The notes below the pieces were generated by a model, which did no database searches, had not been told where the DNA came from, and was given only the letters and a program-made list of their open reading frames with translations. A stretch of DNA of 64,000 nt from Minisyncoccota bacterium. Its GTDB lineage: Bacteria; Patescibacteriota; Minisyncoccia; Phycocordibacterales; JABAAK01. The DNA lies in contig OY282360.1 in NCBI GenBank assembly GCA_958295675.1, positions 52,133 through 116,132 of the forward strand, written 5' to 3'. Of this stretch, positions 59,119-64,000 are shown piece after piece. A program made the translations under genes and the position numbers. Every line of letters starts with the position of its first letter. The stretch's first letter is position 1.

Positions 59119-60627
59119 ATGCTTCGCCTATTTATTGCGTCAATTTCAATTGCTTTTGTAATCGGCTGTATCATAGCGTACAGTATTGTCCCGCAATCGT
59201 TCTACATTGCGACCGCAATATCAGTAATAGCGGTAGTCATGTTCATATTTCGCAGGAGCGGCATAGCAGTTCTTGTATGTGTGTCGCTCATCGCTCTGCT
59301 TCTGGGCATGCTGCGTGTAGAACATTTAGAACAGATGCAGGTGGATGATTGGCAATCACTGTACGGCACAGAAGTATTGATTTCAGGGAAGGTGATAGGG
59401 GATATAGAACAGCGAGAATCCAGCAGTAGATTTGTGGTGGAGATACAGACATTAAAAACAGAACATGGTGAAATACTGCATCCGGATGGATCAGTTCTAT
59501 TATATGAACCATATCCGACAATGTGTGTTACAGGAGAAGAGATGTCCGCAGCAATACGGCTTCAGGAACCGGAGGATTTTTTGACAGAAGCAAATAGAAT
59601 CTTTCGCTACAAACAGTACCTCCGTCTGTTTGATATATACGCCACATCTTTTATACGGGAGAGCGGATGCGCAGGTAATTCAGAGCATACGGACATATTT
59701 GCCGCACTTCGTAAGCGTTTTATGGAAGCAATACACAGTGTGCTGCCGGTGCAGGAGGCATCACTCCTTGGCGGTCTTTTGCTCGGTCTGCGCGGATCGC
59801 TCTCAGATGAGATAATGGAGATATTCAGAGTTACCGGATTAATACATATTATTGTGCTTTCAGGATACAATATCACACTTGTTGCCGAGGCAGTCCGCCG
59901 TGTATTTGCTCGGACACCACGAATGATGTCGCTCATCATGTCACTTATTACTATCATTGCGTTTGTGCTGCTTGCCGGTGCGCAGACGGCAGCGGTACGC
60001 GCTGGCAGTATGGCAACTATTGCACTTGTTGCTCGAGCGAATTTTAGAGAGTATGACGGCGTCAGAATCCTATTGCTCGTCGGTGCACTAATGGTGCTAT
60101 ACAATCCGGATCAGATACTATTCAGCACTTCATTTCATATGTCATTCCTCGCCACTCTCGGTTTGCTCATTTTTTCTCCGGCGTTTGAGAACATGCTCAC
60201 AGGAATAACAGAACGATTTCAAATACGCAACATCATTGCTGCAACACTCGCGACACAGATTTTTCTGTTGCCGTATTTAGCGTATTCAATCGGAGAAGTG
60301 TCAATCATCGGCATTCTTGCGAATATTTTAGTGCTGCCGCTTGTGCCGGTGGCAATGGCGCTCGGCGCGCTGCTCATTGTTATAGCAATTATCGCGCCAT
60401 TTGCAGCGGCTGCTGTTGCGCCGGCGGCATATTTACCGCTCGCCGCTATTATTTGGATTGCCGACATGCTCGCGGTGCCGTTTGCGGTGTTCACACTGCC
60501 GAAAATTTCCGCGGTAACTATGCTGATCGCCGTCGCTGTTTTAGCGTACATAGGACTTAAAAGTAGTAAGGATAGCAGAGAAAAGTCGTATAGCAACAAA
60601 CATCTCTATAGTAATGATGATGGCTGA
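59119..60627 (+). CDS. comEC: ComEC/Rec2 competence membrane channel (no fused MBL domain)
   Basis: GLIHIIVLSGYNI, AVRA, SFHMSFLATLG, ILANIL. Confidence 0.9.
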   Translation: MLRLFIASISIAFVIGCIIAYSIVPQSFYIATAISVIAVVMFIFRRSGIAVLVCVSLIALLLGMLRVEHLEQMQVDDWQSLYGTEVLISGKVIGDIEQRESSSRFVVEIQTLKTEHGEILHPDGSVLLYEPYPTMCVTGEEMSAAIRLQEPEDFLTEANRIFRYKQYLRLFDIYATSFIRESGCAGNSEHTDIFAALRKRFMEAIHSVLPVQEASLLGGLLLGLRGSLSDEIMEIFRVTGLIHIIVLSGYNITLVAEAVRRVFARTPRMMSLIMSLITIIAFVLLAGAQTAAVRAGSMATIALVARANFREYDGVRILLLVGALMVLYNPDQILFSTSFHMSFLATLGLLIFSPAFENMLTGITERFQIRNIIAATLATQIFLLPYLAYSIGEVSIIGILANILVLPLVPVAMALGALLIVIAIIAPFAAAAVAPAAYLPLAAIIWIADMLAVPFAVFTLPKISAVTMLIAVAVLAYIGLKSSKDSREKSYSNKHLYSNDDG

Positions 60628-60707
60628 CCTATTGCAAAGATAATAAGCAGGAGAATAAGAAGCGGAATCCACATATTTCCGCCGCCATTGCTTGGTTTGT
60701 CTGCCAT
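60606..60707 (-). CDS. Small membrane peptide (33 aa)
   Basis: MADKPSNGGGNMWIPLLILLLIIFAIGQPSSLL*; TGG-TATACT 9 nt upstream of ATG. Confidence 0.45.
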   Translation of the reverse strand: MADKPSNGGGNMWIPLLILLLIIFAIGQPSSLL

Positions 60708-60746
60708 ACACCGCTTAGTATACCAGTTGCTGTAAAATATACATGT

Positions 60747-61409
60747 ATGTATGAGACACATTTTCTGAAAGATGACGGCAGATTGTCTGCTGAAACAAAA
60801 GCACACATAGAGACGGTAGTCGGAGAAGGGTACGGCAAAGTACACACAACCCTCAACTTGATTGACTGCAACATCTTTTTTATTATCAGTGAGAAAAGAA
60901 TATTGCCGGGAGAATGTTTTCAGGAGTCACCATGCGATCATGATTCCTTATATATGTTTATTGACTGCGGTATAGAGAAGAGATTGGAAGATAATCAACA
61001 ATATGTCACAGACAACCTTATTGACCACCTGTTCGGCGGTCTGTACGCGACTGCACGAGCAAAAAATATAGGCCTTACTGCCGAGTGCGGTCTGATAGAG
61101 GAAATTATCAGTGAAGGTTTTTCCGGTCATTTTATAGCGGAACAGAACGGCGGACAGGTAAAGCCGTACTATACCAATTTACAAAAAAATGAAATTGCAT
61201 CACTGTGGCGGCACGTAATTGATGAAGGTGCGGTGAACAATACGGATATTGAAAAATGGTATTGGGGCAGCGATAAGGAAAAAATACCACCTCTTGCCGC
61301 GCTATCACTCGGTTATGCCGCAGTAAACAGCTATCTGCGACAAATAAAAAGAGACAGTGGTGTAGGACTCACAACACCGGCAGGGCGTGTCGTTGCGACA
61401 ATTCGTTAA
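60747..61409 (+). CDS. DUF2268-like putative Zn-protease homolog, HExxH degenerate
   Basis: LIEEIISEGFSGHF, WYWGS, SLGY..V..YL. Confidence 0.55.
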   Translation: MYETHFLKDDGRLSAETKAHIETVVGEGYGKVHTTLNLIDCNIFFIISEKRILPGECFQESPCDHDSLYMFIDCGIEKRLEDNQQYVTDNLIDHLFGGLYATARAKNIGLTAECGLIEEIISEGFSGHFIAEQNGGQVKPYYTNLQKNEIASLWRHVIDEGAVNNTDIEKWYWGSDKEKIPPLAALSLGYAAVNSYLRQIKRDSGVGLTTPAGRVVATIR

Positions 61410-61996
61410 CGCGCGACAAATGTATCCTCAACAGTTTTCCAATTCACTGCCTGTAAGTATGCGTCAACATAACTCCCTTTTTCAGCCGGCACATAATCCA
61501 AAAGATACGCATGCTCCCACATATCAACCGCAAGCACCACAGGAAGATTTACATTACCGAGTTCGTGGTCGGACACCCACACAATATGCAGAGTTTCTTT
61601 CTCTTTATCATGGACGACAAGCACCCAACCGATACCACGCATCACCTCCGCGGTCTTTTTTACCCCATTGACAAAACCATCAAATGATCCGAATTGTTTA
61701 ATAACCTGTGCGTGAAGCGGACTTCCTTCAGTGCATGCGGACGGTCCGTTTTCCAAAGCACTGAAAAAACACTCATGATTTAGAACACCGGCGAGTTCAA
61801 AACCAATCCGCCTTGTCACCGCAGAAAGCACTGTCGGATCTCCGGGACCTTTTTCACACAATGAACGGAGTGCGGTATAGTGTGCGTTCAAATTTTTCAC
61901 ATACCCGGCATATAATCCGAGATGAATCTCCATCGCCTTTTCAGAAATGCCGTCCACTTTCGGAATAGAGAATGTTTTTACCTCATATTGTTTCAT
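61406..61996 (-). CDS. sod: Fe/Mn superoxide dismutase
   Basis: HLGLYAGYVKNLN, NHECFF, GIGW, DMWEHAY. Confidence 0.9.
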   Translation of the reverse strand: MKQYEVKTFSIPKVDGISEKAMEIHLGLYAGYVKNLNAHYTALRSLCEKGPGDPTVLSAVTRRIGFELAGVLNHECFFSALENGPSACTEGSPLHAQVIKQFGSFDGFVNGVKKTAEVMRGIGWVLVVHDKEKETLHIVWVSDHELGNVNLPVVLAVDMWEHAYLLDYVPAEKGSYVDAYLQAVNWKTVEDTFVAR

Positions 61997-62050
61997 GCGA
62001 AGACAGTGTACCACATACCAGCACCATAAAAACTTGCGGTATGATATTAT

Positions 62051-62941
62051 TTGATGAATTTTCGTATCGTACTTCTGATACAGATAATCCTCGTTCTACT
62101 CATCGGCTACTGGTGGTACACATTGGTGGTGGTGTCACTGCGCGCCGATACTGACGAGGTACGGGTACATTTTTTGAATGTCGGGCAGGGTGATGCTGTA
62201 CTTATTGAAACAAGCAATACAGGACAGATACTTATTGACGCAGGACGGGGTATTAAAGTGTTGGATGAATTGGATAACATACTGCCGATGCATGACAGAG
62301 AGATTGAGATTGTGGTGATGACACATCCGGATGCCGACCATGTGGGCGGGTTTATTCCGGTTTTTAGGCAGTACGATACAAATACAATCATCAGGTCTTT
62401 TGTTGAGTCAAAGACAAGTGTGTGGAAAAAAGTAAAGGAGGAAATACAGAAAGAATTGAAAGATGGCGCGAAGGAGCATGTTATTACCCGCGCGTACTCA
62501 TTCTCACTGAACGGCGCGAAGTTTGATATATTGTGGCCGTTAAATGAAGAGGTGAAAGAAACAAACGCCGCATCAGTTATTCTCCTAATGACCTATGGTG
62601 ATAACAAAGTGCTGCTCACCGGAGATGCAAACATGGCGGTTGAAGATAAAATGGTCAGTATTTTTGGCGGACTGATTGAGGATGTAGATATATTGAAAGC
62701 AGGGCACCATGGATCAAAAACATCAACATCTGCGTTATTTTTGAATCATACAAAACCGAATGCAATTGTATATTCAGCATCTGAACATAATCGGTACGGA
62801 CATCCGCACGACATAGTGCGTGAACGCGTGCTTGTTTACAGTGAGCATCATCCGGAACAGCAATTACAGGAGTATGAGACAAAGGATGGCGCAATTTCAT
62901 TCTGTCTGAGCAGAACAATATTCAAAGAGTGTGACGCATGA
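62051..62941 (+). CDS. ComEC-type metallo-beta-lactamase nuclease domain, stand-alone with TM
   Basis: NVGQGDA, THPDADHVGG, LTGDA, GHHGSKTS, NRYGHPH. Confidence 0.9.
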   Translation: MMNFRIVLLIQIILVLLIGYWWYTLVVVSLRADTDEVRVHFLNVGQGDAVLIETSNTGQILIDAGRGIKVLDELDNILPMHDREIEIVVMTHPDADHVGGFIPVFRQYDTNTIIRSFVESKTSVWKKVKEEIQKELKDGAKEHVITRAYSFSLNGAKFDILWPLNEEVKETNAASVILLMTYGDNKVLLTGDANMAVEDKMVSIFGGLIEDVDILKAGHHGSKTSTSALFLNHTKPNAIVYSASEHNRYGHPHDIVRERVLVYSEHHPEQQLQEYETKDGAISFCLSRTIFKECDA

Positions 62942-62946
62942 AAGAT

Positions 62947-63189
62947 TTAAATAATCCGAGCACTGCGAAGACCTTTTTCAACTCCTTGCTTCTTCAAAAC
63001 ACGCAATCCCTTCGGTGTTAACGCGACTTTGACTGATTTGCCGAGCGACGGTATAAATATCTTCTTTTTTTGCAGGTTTATCTGCTTTCGAACCTTGCCA
63101 GTCGGATTAAACTTAGTCGCGCGGGTACGATTACTATACCCGCCTCCGACGGTTCCGGTCTTTTGTGTAATCGGACAGATTTTTGCCAT
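62947..63189 (-). CDS. rpmB: 50S ribosomal protein L28
   Basis: MAKICPITQK...RKQINLQKKKIF. Confidence 0.85.
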   Translation of the reverse strand: MAKICPITQKTGTVGGGYSNRTRATKFNPTGKVRKQINLQKKKIFIPSLGKSVKVALTPKGLRVLKKQGVEKGLRSARII

Positions 63190-63325
63190 ACAGCACATAC
63201 TGTACCATACAGGTATCGCAAACCGCAACAAATCAGCGGATCACTCTTAAACGCAAAAATTTATAATATATCCTTTCGTACACTGCACAGAGAAACCACA
63301 TCTATGCTGTGGTCCGTCTAAAAGC

Positions 63326-63673
63326 TTATGTATCAGACCAAACAGCAAGTTCATTGCCGAATGGATCGCGGAAATGAAAGCGCCGCCCACCGGGAAATGA
63401 AAATATCTCTCTTAAAATAGTGCCACCCGCTTTTTGAACCGACATCGCACTTTCTTCTAAATTGTGTGAGTAGAGCACAACAAGCACACCGCCTTCCCGC
63501 ACCTCGGCGGTCTGAGTAAAACCACCAATCTCTTTATCACGACCTTTGATGCCGACATAGGTTGAGGAATAATCCGTGAATTCCCAATCAAACGCTTTGC
63601 TATAAAAATGTTTTGCCTCGGCGATATTAGTCACACTGAATTCAATATAATCAACTTCGTGATGTATATGCAT
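63326..63673 (-). CDS. VOC/glyoxalase family protein
   Basis: DYIEF, FYSKAFDW, FPGGRRFHFRDPFGNELAVW. Confidence 0.9.
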   Translation of the reverse strand: MHIHHEVDYIEFSVTNIAEAKHFYSKAFDWEFTDYSSTYVGIKGRDKEIGGFTQTAEVREGGVLVVLYSHNLEESAMSVQKAGGTILREIFSFPGGRRFHFRDPFGNELAVWSDT

Positions 63674-63724
63674 ATATGCAGCATAACCCGCAGAATATCT
63701 AGCGAATGATATACAATAGTATAT

Positions 63725-64000
63725 ATGGTTCAACATCTAAAAAATTGGATTTTCAACAGATTTTTTAATATTCCAAACGGCAATAGATGGTTCTCCGGTA
63801 GATTTTTAGCGGTAAACTTTATCTCAATTATTCTTGTGATTCTATATGCCATAATTGTCGGCATCATCCCTCTGTGGTTAGATAGATTGCTGACCAATCT
63901 TTTTATACTCGTATGGTTTTTGATTGCGCTCAGATATATCGTGCAGGCAATCCGAATGCGAAAAATACTTGATACTGCCGGTGTGGTGTTTATTACACTT
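63725..64000 (+). CDS. Membrane hypothetical protein (3' truncated by window)
   Basis: Open frame MVQHLKNWIF... with two hydrophobic segments running to the window end. Confidence 0.5.
   Translation, partial: MVQHLKNWIFNRFFNIPNGNRWFSGRFLAVNFISIILVILYAIIVGIIPLWLDRLLTNLFILVWFLIALRYIVQAIRMRKILDTAGVVFITL

Noticed and set aside
1-64000. Stop-codon reassignment (code 25) or programmed frameshifts
   Set aside because: Conserved genes are full length under code 11 and TGA ends genes such as nusA

Overview
64-kb chromosomal segment of a small-genome bacterium, most likely Patescibacteria/CPR (Parcubacteria-like). This is inferred from the PrgI/VirB4/T4SS-pilin cluster, the rpsO-NYN-pnp order, the split comEC, tRNAs without CCA and the near absence of Shine-Dalgarno sites; genetic code 11. 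Contents: (i) yebC-ruvC-PBP, then dnaN-dnaA divergent from rpmH-rnpA-yidC; (ii) a ~14-kb minus-strand T4SS-like cluster including two adjacent membrane-anchored proteins that share an unrecognised Cys-rich repeat module; (iii) housekeeping, repair and competence genes (rsmA, pcrA/uvrD, comM, pnp, rpsO, Xer-family recombinase, pilin, xth, CCA-adding enzyme, class I LysRS, nusA, ppa, tig, clpP, HU, tpiA, pgk, recJ, comEC, SOD, rpmB); (iv) five tRNAs; (v) an AT-rich defence island (EcoRI-family MTase, DUF262-HNH, putative PD-(D/E)XK nuclease, orphan) next to tRNA-Gly and bracketed by long imperfect inverted repeats; (vi) a perfect 107-bp tandem array (~5.9 copies) in which every unit has two perfect parS palindromes, two degenerate ones and a DnaA-box-consensus 9-mer. 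The array lies where gene orientation flips, suggesting an amplified centromere/origin module ~42 kb from dnaA. All family calls are by eye from motifs; no database searches were run, and several start codons were re-assigned from promoter position.
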